NCBI GenBank assembly: GCA_020638905.1
Contig: JACKHP010000024.1
Location: 228 to 64,227 of the forward strand
DNA: 64,000 nucleotides
Source: Planctomycetota bacterium
GTDB taxonomy: Bacteria; Planctomycetota; B15-G4
Reading direction: 5' to 3'
The notes beneath the pieces were generated by a model that searched no databases, was not told the DNA's origin, and worked only from the letters and a program-made list of their open reading frames with translations. Within the stretch, counting starts at the first letter, position 1, and each line of letters starts with the position of its first letter. This document shows positions 52,964 through 62,600 of the stretch, in pieces. The translations under genes were made by a program, and so were the position numbers.

Positions 52964-55444
52964 TCAGCGCTCGGCCGAGAGCGCCTCGACGCGTCCGACG
53001 AGCGCCTCCATCTGCTCACGCAGGGTCGACAGCTCGTCGCGCAGTGCGTCGATCTCGGCGTCCTTCTCGGTGACGAGCTCGTTCAACCCCTGGATCGCGG
53101 CCAGCGCCACGCCGTCGGGGTCGACGGTGTCGATCAGCTTCGCGCTCACGCCCAGGCCGAACGCCTCGCGGAAGTCCTGGGCCATCGGGCCCATGTGGCG
53201 CACCGACTCGTCCTGCGCCTTGTAGTTCCAGGTCAGGATCGGCATCCCGGCCACGAGCTCGAGCACGCGACGGGCGTCGACCGGCTGCATGTTCTCCTTG
53301 CTGTCGCGATCGCTCACCGACGACCACGACCCGGCTCCCGACGGCAGCACGACGCCGGCGCTCGCCGCCGCGTTCGAGAAGATCGTCGCCCCGCCGCGGG
53401 CGTAGACCGTGAACGAGTTGGGGCCTTGGGAGTCCTTGATGCCGCCCAGTCCGTCGCCCCAGACGAAGCTGCCGGTGTGGCTCGCGAGCGCCTCGCGCCC
53501 CGCGGCGAACGAGAAATCGCCGGCCGCGGTGTTGGAGTACCCGCCGGGGACCGTGCCGGCGCGGCCGTCGACGCGGTTGTCGTATCCCCCGCCCACCGTG
53601 CCGAGGTCCCTCGACACCCGATTGGACGCGCCGCCGCCGATCGTGGTGCTGCCGTACACGTCACCGTAGGCCCGGTTGCCGTAGCCGCCGCCGACGGTGT
53701 TGTGCGCGGTCACGTACTGGTAGTAGCCGGATCCGTAGCTGCTCGGGTATCCCGCACGGTTGTAGGAACCGCCTCCGACGACGTCCGCCGAACCCATCGT
53801 CTCGTTGCGTTCCCCGCCTCCGATCGTGCTGAAGTGAGGACCCTGGTTGTAGTAGTACCCGGGGACGCCCCGGATCGTGTTCTCGGAGCCGCCGGCGATC
53901 GTCCCGCCGCCGGCGTTCTCGTACACGCGGTTCCCGTATCCGCCGCCGACCGTCGCGCCGACGGCACCCCGGTTCACCCGGTTCTCATAGCCGCCGCCGA
54001 TGACGGCCTTGCTCGCCCGGATCTCGTTGTTCGTCCCACCACCGATCGCGCTGAAGTCGCCCCTCGATGCATACCTGTATGAGTATCCCTCTCCCGCGAT
54101 GAGATTGCCCCTGCCACCGGCGATCGTCGCGCCGCCGTTCGAGTCGACATAGTCGCCCGAGATGCGGATCTGGTTGTAGCGTCCGCCTCCGATCGCGTTG
54201 GCGGGCCCCGTCCTGCCGGAGATCGAGTTCTCGACTCCGCCGGCGATGGTGGACGCATAGTCATCGTAGCCGCCCGATTCGACACGATTGTTCCCACCTC
54301 CGCCGATCGTGACCAGATTGCCGGAGACCGAGTTGTAGCTTCCGCCTCCGATCGTGCTGGCTCTCAGGTTCGATTCGTATCCGTAGCCCGAGTCACCGCG
54401 GATGGAGTTGCGGTAGCCGCCTCCGATCGTCGCGTGGCCGTAGCCGTACTGATCGCCGTACATCGCGATCTCGTTGCGCTCTCCGCCACCGACCGCGTTG
54501 CCGCTGCCCGAGCGATTCGAGACCTTGTTGTAGAGTCCGCCGGCGATCGTCGCGCCCCGGGCTGCCTCGCTGCCCGCCTCGACCTTGTTGAGCAGTCCCC
54601 CGCCGACCGTGCTGTACTCGCCGGCTGCGCGGTTGTCGAACCCGCCGTCGATCACCGAATGCGAGCCGTTGGCCGCGTTGTCGGTCCCGCCGCCGACGAA
54701 CGCCGACGAGGCGAAGGTGTTGTTCACGCCTCCCGTGTGCGGGCCGTCCTGACCGGGGTCGCCCTTCGGACCGATCGGGCCGGGCGGCCCTCCCGAGGGA
54801 CCCGTCGCACCCTGGGGTCCGGCGGGACCCTGGGATCCCGTGTCGCCCTTCGGGCCGGCCGGACCGGCGGGGCCGGTGGCTCCCGCGGGACCCACCGGAC
54901 CGACGTCGCCTTGAAGTCCCATCGGGCCCTGCGGACCGGCGACCATCGACTTGCCCACGAGCTCGGCCGGTGACTCCGCGTACTCGACCGCCTTCTTGCC
55001 GAAGTTCGTGATCTGCGTCGTGAACCAGGCCACATCCATCTCGAAGCCGTCGGGCAGCGACTTGCTCGAGCCCACGATGAGATCGAGCTCGCCCGCCAGC
55101 TTCGACGGCAGGATGAAGCTGCCCGACGTCGGATTCGAGTCGCCCGCCGGCCCGAGCACGCCACCCTTGGCCTCGATCGCGAAGTCGAGCTCCTCCGCCC
55201 AGGGCATCCCCATCTCGTCCATCAGGGGGACGAGTTCGGAGCCGGACTTCTCGTACAGGCGCACGACCACGCTGAAGCTCGTGCTGGCCTTGAGCGGCGC
55301 GAAGGTCACCGCGCCCCCCTTCTTCGCCTTCGACTTGTAGACGGGAGCGTGCAGACGGAGCTGGGCCGAGCCGTCCTGTGCCAGGGCACCGAACGAGGCC
55401 AGGAAGGCGAGCAGCACGACGACGGAGTTTCGCTTGGGCAACAC
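52964..55444 (-). CDS. Secreted fibre-like protein: collagen triple-helix repeats + GGGxxN beta-helix repeats + S74 intramolecular-chaperone (tail-spike type) C-terminus
   Basis: GTG 55444 (or TTG 55441) gives [23 protein letters not shown]. About 22 G-X-Y triplets. About 20 [ST][IV]GGGxxN repeats. [32 protein letters not shown]...[15 protein letters not shown], then a coiled-coil-like end. Confidence 0.8.
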   Translation of the reverse strand: MLPKRNSVVVLLAFLASFGALAQDGSAQLRLHAPVYKSKAKKGGAVTFAPLKASTSFSVVVRLYEKSGSELVPLMDEMGMPWAEELDFAIEAKGGVLGPAGDSNPTSGSFILPSKLAGELDLIVGSSKSLPDGFEMDVAWFTTQITNFGKKAVEYAESPAELVGKSMVAGPQGPMGLQGDVGPVGPAGATGPAGPAGPKGDTGSQGPAGPQGATGPSGGPPGPIGPKGDPGQDGPHTGGVNNTFASSAFVGGGTDNAANGSHSVIDGGFDNRAAGEYSTVGGGLLNKVEAGSEAARGATIAGGLYNKVSNRSGSGNAVGGGERNEIAMYGDQYGYGHATIGGGYRNSIRGDSGYGYESNLRASTIGGGSYNSVSGNLVTIGGGGNNRVESGGYDDYASTIAGGVENSISGRTGPANAIGGGRYNQIRISGDYVDSNGGATIAGGRGNLIAGEGYSYRYASRGDFSAIGGGTNNEIRASKAVIGGGYENRVNRGAVGATVGGGYGNRVYENAGGGTIAGGSENTIRGVPGYYYNQGPHFSTIGGGERNETMGSADVVGGGSYNRAGYPSSYGSGYYQYVTAHNTVGGGYGNRAYGDVYGSTTIGGGASNRVSRDLGTVGGGYDNRVDGRAGTVPGGYSNTAAGDFSFAAGREALASHTGSFVWGDGLGGIKDSQGPNSFTVYARGGATIFSNAAASAGVVLPSGAGSWSSVSDRDSKENMQPVDARRVLELVAGMPILTWNYKAQDESVRHMGPMAQDFREAFGLGVSAKLIDTVDPDGVALAAIQGLNELVTEKDAEIDALRDELSTLREQMEALVGRVEALSAER

Positions 55445-55594
55445 GGGACCGACCTCACACGCGGGAACGGGCCCCCCTTGGTCGAGCCCAGGTCGGCGAC
55501 CGTAACACGGGTTCCGGAACCTGCCAATCCGCGGCGAACCCCGCAGGCCGGGCACCGCGCCCGCCGGAAACGGCGGGCGCGGTGTGCCGACCGC

Positions 55595-56596
55595 TCAGAA
55601 GTGCTTGAAGAGCGAGAACACCGTACGCGCGTGCAGTTCCTTGTCGTCGGTCACCGGCAGGCTCACGCCCAGGCCGAGCTGCAGGCTGGGATCGGCGCCC
55701 GGCTGCAGCTTGATCCCCGGCGTGAGCGTCCACGCGTCGAGGCCGTCCTCCTCGCCGCCGTGCACGTGCACTCCGTTCAGCTCGCACAGCACCCAGGTGC
55801 GGTCGCCCAGCTGGTCGAGCACCGAGAGATCGAGCGCGAGTTCGTAGTCGGCCTCGTCGTCGCGGTCCGCGTCGTGGAACGGGATGCCCGCCGAGACGAA
55901 GCCTACGTACTCCCACGTGCCGGCCTTGTATCCGGCGTCGACGTACGGCTCGAGCTCGAACACGTGGTTGCTGCCGATCCCGAGGCGCTGGTCGCCGGTG
56001 GGCAGGCCGAGTTCGAGACCGCCACCCACGAGCAGGTTCGGGTCGGAGCTCGGATACGCCGCGTACTTCGCGTTGAGCCGGACCGTGTCGAGCCGTCCCG
56101 TGGCGTGCATGTGGTCGGGCTCGATCTCGGTGTACGGGATCTCGACCGCGACGCTCAGCGACGGATCGAACGCGTACTCGAGTTCGAGCCGCGCGCCGCG
56201 CCGCGTCGCCGCCGAGTCCTCCTCGCGCGGCAGGTTGGCGTCCTCGAGGTCGAGGCGCGCCTTGGTGTCGGGCGAGGGTGACTCGGTCACGATCGGATGG
56301 GAGAAGTGCACGGGTCCCGTGTGGTTCGGGTCGTGATGGAAGAACCCGGCCTCGGGCGCCGTCGCGCGCGCCGAAGCCGAAGCCGAAGCCGAAGCCGAAG
56401 CCGAAGCCGAAGCCGAAGCCGAAGCCGGGCCGAAGACCGACACGGCGCCGGTCGTCGGCGAGGGTGCGCCGAGCACGAGTGGCGACGAGAACGCGACGGG
56501 CTGCCCGCTCACGCAGGCGGCCACGCACAGCAGGGGCAGCGCGCCCAGCGCGCGTGCCCCGGGGGACCGACGGGTCCCCGGACGATGGAACGACAT
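55595..56596 (-). CDS. Outer-membrane beta-barrel (MetA-pathway/transporter-like) with lipobox, (Ala-Ser)x9 linker and His-rich segment
   Basis: ATG 56596. LLCVAAC lipobox-like. FFHHDPNHTGPVHFSHP. Alternating-strand pattern. Terminal LFKHF (C-terminal Phe). Confidence 0.7.
   Translation of the reverse strand: MSFHRPGTRRSPGARALGALPLLCVAACVSGQPVAFSSPLVLGAPSPTTGAVSVFGPASASASASASASASASASARATAPEAGFFHHDPNHTGPVHFSHPIVTESPSPDTKARLDLEDANLPREEDSAATRRGARLELEYAFDPSLSVAVEIPYTEIEPDHMHATGRLDTVRLNAKYAAYPSSDPNLLVGGGLELGLPTGDQRLGIGSNHVFELEPYVDAGYKAGTWEYVGFVSAGIPFHDADRDDEADYELALDLSVLDQLGDRTWVLCELNGVHVHGGEEDGLDAWTLTPGIKLQPGADPSLQLGLGVSLPVTDDKELHARTVFSLFKHF
56370..56423. repeat. Perfect hexanucleotide repeat (GCCGAA)x9 inside a CDS
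   Basis: Nine uninterrupted GCCGAA units. On the minus strand they read GCT TCG = (Ala-Ser)x9. Confidence 0.95.
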
Positions 56597-56743
56597 GGAA
56601 TGCTCCCGACATGCGGATCTTGGCGCCGCGAGCACGCAGCCCACGGCGCGAGGGTGCGCCGCACCGGCCCGGCGCGGCGGAACGGACGCGCGGCGCGGTG
56701 CGTCCCGCGCGCTGCGGGACGACGCGCGCTGACGCGTCGACGG

Positions 56744-57196
56744 TCAGGCGATCGACCGGCGTCCGCCGCGGGGAGGTGGCACCGGCGGCGCGATGGAGAG
56801 TCGCAGCGGGCGAACCCGCATGACCGCGCGTCGCCGAGGCGCGCACGACCGCGTCGGCGCGTCGACGCACGCGACGAGGGCGATGCGCGGCGCCGAGGCG
56901 CGCAGCAGCGGGAGGCGTCCGGCGTCGCCGCAGCCGCGGGCCGAGCTCAGACACGTGCCGTCCGAGGGACGGGCGCGCGCCCCCGCGCCGTCGACGCAGC
57001 AGCACGTCCCGCGGGCGACGCGCTGGGGGCTGCAGCAGCAGCCGCCCCCGCTCGCGTCCGCCGTCGCGCAGCCGGCGTCGTCGCCGGGACCGAGGCCGTC
57101 CGACGACAGGTCACCCGGCCAGCAGACGAGTTGCAGCGCGAACGCGAGCAGCAACGTCCAGCAGCAGCGGCGCGTGGTCGGCGACGTGGAACTCAT
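56744..57196 (-). CDS. Cys-rich orphan protein (150 aa, 14 Cys), hydrophobic N-terminus
   Basis: ATG 57196 lies 25 nt after the M14 stop. RRCCWTLLLAFALQLVCWPG. GGGCCCSP and GTCCCVDG. A/T is nearly absent from codon position 3 over the first ~110 codons and less so after that. No family recognised. Confidence 0.5.
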   Translation of the reverse strand: MSSTSPTTRRCCWTLLLAFALQLVCWPGDLSSDGLGPGDDAGCATADASGGGCCCSPQRVARGTCCCVDGAGARARPSDGTCLSSARGCGDAGRLPLLRASAPRIALVACVDAPTRSCAPRRRAVMRVRPLRLSIAPPVPPPRGGRRSIA

Positions 57197-57221
57197 CTCG
57201 AGATCCGGGGCGGCGCGCTCG

Positions 57222-58844
57222 TCAGCGCTCGAGCAGCGGGCTCTTCTCGGGCACGCGCAGCACGGGGAACGCCTCCCCCGGCGCGAGCACGTCGTCGAAG
57301 ACGTTCCAGGTGAGCAGCCCGTCCTCGCTGAGCGGCTCGAGCAGGTAGAGCGCCAGCGTCCCGAGCCGCTGCTGGAGCGGGACGGCGAACCAGTCGCCGG
57401 TGACCCGCCGGCGGACGGGCACGCGCTCGGCCTGCACGCTCACCGTGCGGTGTCCCTGGAACTCGTGCTCGGCGCGCGTCACCTCGCCGATCAGCCACTC
57501 CTCGCAGGGGACCTCGAGCGGCCAGCGCGCTCCGGGCGCCGCCACGCTGTCGTCGAGCCGGTGGGTCTTGATGCCGTGCGCCGCGAGCAGCTCGAGCACG
57601 CCCGTGAGCTCCGGCGGCACGAGATACCCCGCGGGACGCGGCACGCCGAGCGTCGGCGCGAAGTGGTCTTCGTGCAGCACCTCGTAGTCGTGCGGTTCGT
57701 CGGTCGGTGCGCGCTTGCCGTCGGCGTCGACGGTCTCGACCCACCCGAGCAGGGTCGCCTTGCCCGGCGCGGCCTCGAGCGCGTGCCGCACGCCCACCGG
57801 CAGGCCGTTGCCCGCCGCATGCCGCACCTCCGACGCGCCCGACACCACGGCCTCACGCACCCTCGTCGCGTGCTCGGCCGCCCACAGCAGGCACTCGCGC
57901 ACGAACTCGCGCGTGACCACGACGCGGTCCTCGAAGGGGATGTGCGAGTACGCCTCGCTGAGCACCGAGAGGTGGCCGCGCAGCCCGTGGTACTGCGCGC
58001 CGAAGCGCGGCTCGGGCGAGTACGTCGACCACTTCGTCTTGTCGTCGTCGAAGTTGCCGTAGGGGAAGGTGCGCAACCCCGTGCGACGCAGCAGCCGGTC
58101 GGAGACCTCGGGCAGCATGCGGTCGCGCACGAGCGCCAGCGGCGGCGTCGGCCCCGCCGGGTTGAGCGGCGGCGAGTAGGTGAGCTGGTAGCGGTGGAAG
58201 CTGCCGTTCGTGGTGTGCAGGTCGATCACCAGGTGCGGGTCCCACTCGGTCAGGAAGCGCACCATCGCGCGCGCCTCCTTCGACTCGAGCTTGACGTAGT
58301 CGCGGTTGATGTCGAGGCCGCGCGCGTTCTCGCGCGTGCCCATCTCGTCGGGCCCGACCTGCTCGGGACGGTTGTCGGACGCGAAGCGATCGTTGCCGTC
58401 GCCGTTGAAGATCGGCGCGAGCACGAGCACGAGCTGCTCCCACAAAGGGGCGACGTCGGCGCGCGTCGGCTGCTCGATCATCTCACGCGCGAGCATCGGC
58501 AGCGCCTCCTTGCCGCACACCTCGCCCGCGTGGATGTTCGCGAAGGCCAGCACCACGACCTTGCCCGAGGCGCGTGCCTCGTCGGCGGAGGCCACCGGCG
58601 GATCGGCCAGCACGAGCAGCGGGATGTCGCGTCCCTCTTCGGTCTGGCCCATCGAGAGCCGTCGCGCGTTCGGCGTGCGGGCCGCGAGCGCGTCGAGCAG
58701 CGCGACCACGTCGGCGTGGGCGGCGGTCTTCCGGAAGGCCGTGCGCTCGGCCACCGTGAGCAGCGCCTCGTCGGTCGTCGGGGACGTGTCGGCGGACTGC
58801 GGCATGGCCATGGCGAGCACCGGGACGAGGAGCGAGGCGAACAT
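57222..58844 (-). CDS. Secreted M14-family zinc carboxypeptidase
   Basis: ATG 58844 (the track uses TTG 58877). Signal MFASLLVPVLAMAMPQSA. NIHAGEVCGKEA (H-x-x-E), DINRDYVK and VIDLHTT are present. Confidence 0.8.
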   Translation of the reverse strand: MFASLLVPVLAMAMPQSADTSPTTDEALLTVAERTAFRKTAAHADVVALLDALAARTPNARRLSMGQTEEGRDIPLLVLADPPVASADEARASGKVVVLAFANIHAGEVCGKEALPMLAREMIEQPTRADVAPLWEQLVLVLAPIFNGDGNDRFASDNRPEQVGPDEMGTRENARGLDINRDYVKLESKEARAMVRFLTEWDPHLVIDLHTTNGSFHRYQLTYSPPLNPAGPTPPLALVRDRMLPEVSDRLLRRTGLRTFPYGNFDDDKTKWSTYSPEPRFGAQYHGLRGHLSVLSEAYSHIPFEDRVVVTREFVRECLLWAAEHATRVREAVVSGASEVRHAAGNGLPVGVRHALEAAPGKATLLGWVETVDADGKRAPTDEPHDYEVLHEDHFAPTLGVPRPAGYLVPPELTGVLELLAAHGIKTHRLDDSVAAPGARWPLEVPCEEWLIGEVTRAEHEFQGHRTVSVQAERVPVRRRVTGDWFAVPLQQRLGTLALYLLEPLSEDGLLTWNVFDDVLAPGEAFPVLRVPEKSPLLER

Positions 58845-58917
58845 CCCGGGATGGTAGCAGACGGGGTGGGACTGCAAGGTCGGCCCAGGCGCGACGCGGC
58901 GGGCGACGTGGGACTGC

Positions 58918-58941
58918 GGCCAGGTGGGGGAACACCTGGCC
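58918..58941. other. Perfect hairpin in long non-coding region upstream of the M14 gene
   Basis: GGCCAGGTG-GGGGAA-CACCTGGCC forms a 9-bp stem with a 6-nt loop, 74 nt upstream of ATG 58844. Confidence 0.4.
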
Positions 58942-59627
58942 TCCGTCCCACATCGCCCGCCGCTGCCCGCGCGGCGCTCCCTTCGCGAGATGGAAGGATG
59001 AACGGCTTGGCGGACACGAGCAAAGTGGCGACGTCACGCGGCGCCCACCCCGCACGCGCGGCGTTTCTGAACGCGGCGTGCGCGCCCACTGACCATCGTC
59101 ACGCAGCAGCGCACAGCTTCGGACAGTCCTCGCCGCCTTCGGCGGCTGCGGAACTCGCAGCGCGCTGGGCATGAACCTCGGGGCGCGCATTCCGGAGCGG
59201 GAGGAAGCTCAGCGCGCTGCGCGCGGCTTCGCGGCGATTCGGAGAGCTTCGCGAGTCATCATCACTTTCGAAGCTGGTGGTGCGCGCCGCCGGGGTGAGT
59301 CTCGTGCGTGAGCATGATCGCGAAGGCTGACGGCTTCGAGCTGCGTGCCGGTTCTGGACGGCGCGCCGTCGCGCGTGAATCGCCGACGGCGTTGCACTCG
59401 ATACGCTGCGAGTCGGCGGGTTACGCCGGCGCTCGATCCTCGCGACTCGTGTCGAGTGTGCGGACCGGAGGAGCGCAGGGGGCGATCGCCCAGCGAGTTC
59501 CGCAGGCGCCGCAGGCGCCGAGGACTGCTCGAGCGGGGCGGTCGCCCCCGAGCACCCGGAGTGTCCGCACACACGGATCTCCAGCATGCGAGCGATCGCG
59601 TGGAGTCGTCCCCCGCCGACACGCCGA

Positions 59628-62600
59628 CTAGCGTCGCACGAACCGCAACCTCCCGCGTTCGGCCTCGTCGATGCGGCGCGCGGCGTCGAGCAGCTCGGCG
59701 TGCTCCGCGGCGGGGATCGAGATCGGCGGGACGAACAGGTCGCGGCGCAGGTGCAGCACACCGTCGTCGTCGCGCTCGATCGCGAGCTCGTAGCGCGCAC
59801 CGGCCTCCTCGACGTGCAGGCCGTGGGGCAGCTCGACGGGCTCGAGCTCGGGCGGCACGTGCACGTCGGCGGTGAAGCGCTGCACCGCCAGCCAGCTCGA
59901 CGGGAAGAAGAACGGCAGCCGACGCTCGCCCTCGCCCGCCAGCGTGCCCGCCAGTTCGAGCGCGGGGAACGGCAGCGGCGTCACGAGCTGCCCGTCGTCC
60001 ACGTCGAGGAAGCGGTCGATGCGGCCCGTGAGCTCGGCCGACAGCGGACGTTCGTCGTCGAGTCCGACGAGCTGCACGTCGCTGACCGAGATGCCGGGCA
60101 GGATCTGTCCCGCGATCTGGTTGCCGGCCAGGGTGAGCATGGCCTTCGGCACCTCACCGACCTGCTCCTTGAACAGGTGCCCGGGACCACCGGTGAGCGC
60201 CGCCGTGGCGCGCACGTCGGCCCCACCGTCGGCGTCGAGCACGAGGTCGAAGTGCAGCACGAGGCCGGGACGCTCGTCGGGCGCGACGTCGGGCAGAGCC
60301 GTGCGCTCGCCGCCGTCGCGGGTCACAGAGAACGCCTCGGCGCGCGGTGCGTCCTGCTTCCAGACGCCGTAGGGCATGGTGCGCGACGAGAGGTCGCACA
60401 GCACCGACGGACCGTCGCGCGGTTCCACGCGCACGAGCAGGTCGCCCTGCAGCCGGCTCGCCTCGGGGAACGCCGGGTCGGGATCGGAGTCGCCCTCGGG
60501 CGACACCCCGCGCGTCCAGACGAGCGCGTGCGGGACGTCGGCCGCCTGGAGCAGCGCCGCGTAGAGGAAGCACGGGTTGCCCTCGCGCGCCAGGAGCGAC
60601 GCGGTGGCCGACATCCCCCACTGCGGACTGCGCTGGTCGAGGGCGTCGCGCACGAAGTCGTGCAGCGCGCGCGCCCTCTCGAGGTCGCCCTCGACGCCGT
60701 CGGTCGCCTCGCGCGCCGCGTCGACGACCTCGGGCGTGACGGACGAGAGCGCCAGCGACTGGCGCCGCAGTCCTTCGAGGGACGCATCGATGTCGCGGTC
60801 GACGCCCAGCTCGACCCACGGCAGGAACCAGTCGCGCGGTGGCTGGAACGGCTCGGGCACCACGCGCGCGCGGTCGAGCGTCTCCCACACGTGGATCGTC
60901 CAGGCGCCCTCGTCGAACGTCTCGTGCGTGCCGTCGAAGTGCCCCTCGACGACGCGCAGCGGGAGCGACTTCGGCACCGCGATCACGTAGCGGCTGCGCA
61001 GGAACGGCTCGTCCTGGGACGCGAACGTCCAGCGCCCGGGACGCACCACACCGTCCCAGGGCGCGTTCCAGATCGTGCGCGTGAGCGACTCGACGAAGTC
61101 GCCGGGCTCGAGCGACGGCATGACGTAGTCGCCGTCGACCTCGACCGGCTGGTGGACGGTCCCGTCGGCGTCGATCACCTCGAGCTTCAGCACGTCGCCC
61201 TGGGGCTTCTGCGTGCCGAGCGTCTCGCAGCCCTGCAGGTCGCGCGCCTGGGCGATCTCGTGCGTGAGCGTGTCGACCACGCCGTTCTCGAGCACCACGA
61301 CCACCGCCGCGTCGAGCAGCTTGACCACCGAGTCGACCTGCGCGCCGCCGTCGTAGGACGCCATGACGTCGTCGCGCGACACGTCGAAACGCTCGAAGAG
61401 CGCCCGCGCCAGGTCGGGCACGCCCGCGTCGGCCAGCCGATCGCGCACCATGCGCCAGCCGGGACTCACCGCGAGCGCGCGCTCGAGCATGGCCTTCTCG
61501 CCCGCCGCGTCGCCCTGGGCGCGCAGCACGTCGGCGGCCAGCGTCGGCGGCCACGACCAGCGCGGATGGCGCGCCATGACGCGCTCGATGACCGGCAGCG
61601 CCTCGTCGCCCCGGCCGAGGTCGGCCAGGAGCTGCGCGCGCTGCAGCGACTCGCCCGGGCGCCCCTCGCGCCACTCGGACTCGGTGAGCAGCGCGAGCGC
61701 CTGCTCGGGACGCCCGAGAGCGCGGGCCGCGTCGGCCAGGCGGCCCAGCGAACCCGTCGTGGCGCCGGCCGAGCGCAGCGCGAGCACGCGTCGCTCGAAC
61801 GCGCGCGATCGGCGTCCCACCTGGAAGTCGCGGGCGGCCAGCGCCTCGAGCACCCGCGGGCACTCGGGAGCGCGGGCGTAGGCCTCGCCGCGGGCCTCGT
61901 CGGCGGCGGCGTCCATGTCGAACGAGGCGTACAACTGGGCCGTCGCGAGCAGGCTGTCCACCTGCCGCGGGTGGGCCTCGGTGAGCTGCTGGAGCAGGTC
62001 GAGCGCCTCCTGCTCGCGGTCCTCCTTGCGCAGCAGGTCGGCCAGCTCGAGGCCCGCGTCGAGACGCTTGCCGTCGAGTTCGTGGGCCTGTTCGACGAGT
62101 GCGCGCCCCTTCGTCTTGCGCCACGTGTCCGGCAGGTCGTCGTCGCCTTCGGTGAACCGCGCCAGCCACATGAGCAGCCCGGGACTCGCCGCGATCGCGT
62201 CGATCGCCGCGCGCAGGTGGGCACGCCCGTCGGACGCACGGCCGTCGAGGCACAGCAGCACGCCCAGCAGCGCCTCGGCGTCGGGCGAGCGGTCGGTCTG
62301 CGCCTGCAGGTACTCGAGGCTGCCGTCGTTCACCGCGGGGACGATCGAGCTGCCGCCGAACGTGCCCGCCCCGAGCGGCGCGCTCGTGCTCGCCTCGCGC
62401 AGTCCCGGGTGCGGACGTCCGTCGGAGCCGAGCACGCGCACGCCGATCTGCAGACCGCTGTCGACGTGCAGGTGCAGGACGAGCCGGTTGCGTCCCTCGC
62501 GGAACACCACGCCGCGGTGCTGGACGCGACCGCGCCGCTGCGGCAGGACCTCGTCCTCGATCAGCGGCCCGTCGCCGTCGAGCGACCAGGCCCACACCGG

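Noticed and set aside
52964-55444. Fibre gene as evidence for a prophage or tailocin
   Set aside because: No capsid, terminase, portal, baseplate, sheath, integrase or lysis genes were recognised within 10 kb on either side. The neighbours are ordinary envelope and metabolic genes.
56340-56430. Short-period repeat arrays considered as a CRISPR or other spacer-repeat locus (also 50683..51078, 5165..5206)
   Set aside because: The unit length is 6-15 nt with no unique spacers, there are no cas genes, and all arrays lie in frame inside CDSs.
59000-59174. 58-codon ORF MNGLADTSKVATSRGAHPARAAFLN... in the non-coding island
   Set aside because: About a quarter of its codons end in A/T, far above the genes here. 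The SD-like GGAAGG abuts the ATG with no spacer. No motif was found.
59190-59215. GGGAGGAAGCTCAGCGC resembling the RNase P GGAGGAAAGTCCGGGC or SRP GGAAGGAAGCAGC cores
   Set aside because: The match is only partial. The other universally conserved RNase P blocks (GGGUGAAAGGGUGCGGUAAGAGCGCACC, ACAGAACCCGGCUUA) and the SRP helix-8 context are absent on either strand.
59470-59600. Two GCGATCGC (HIP1-like) palindromes
   Set aside because: There are only two copies, and such GC palindromes are expected by chance at this GC content. Nothing else is cyanobacterial.
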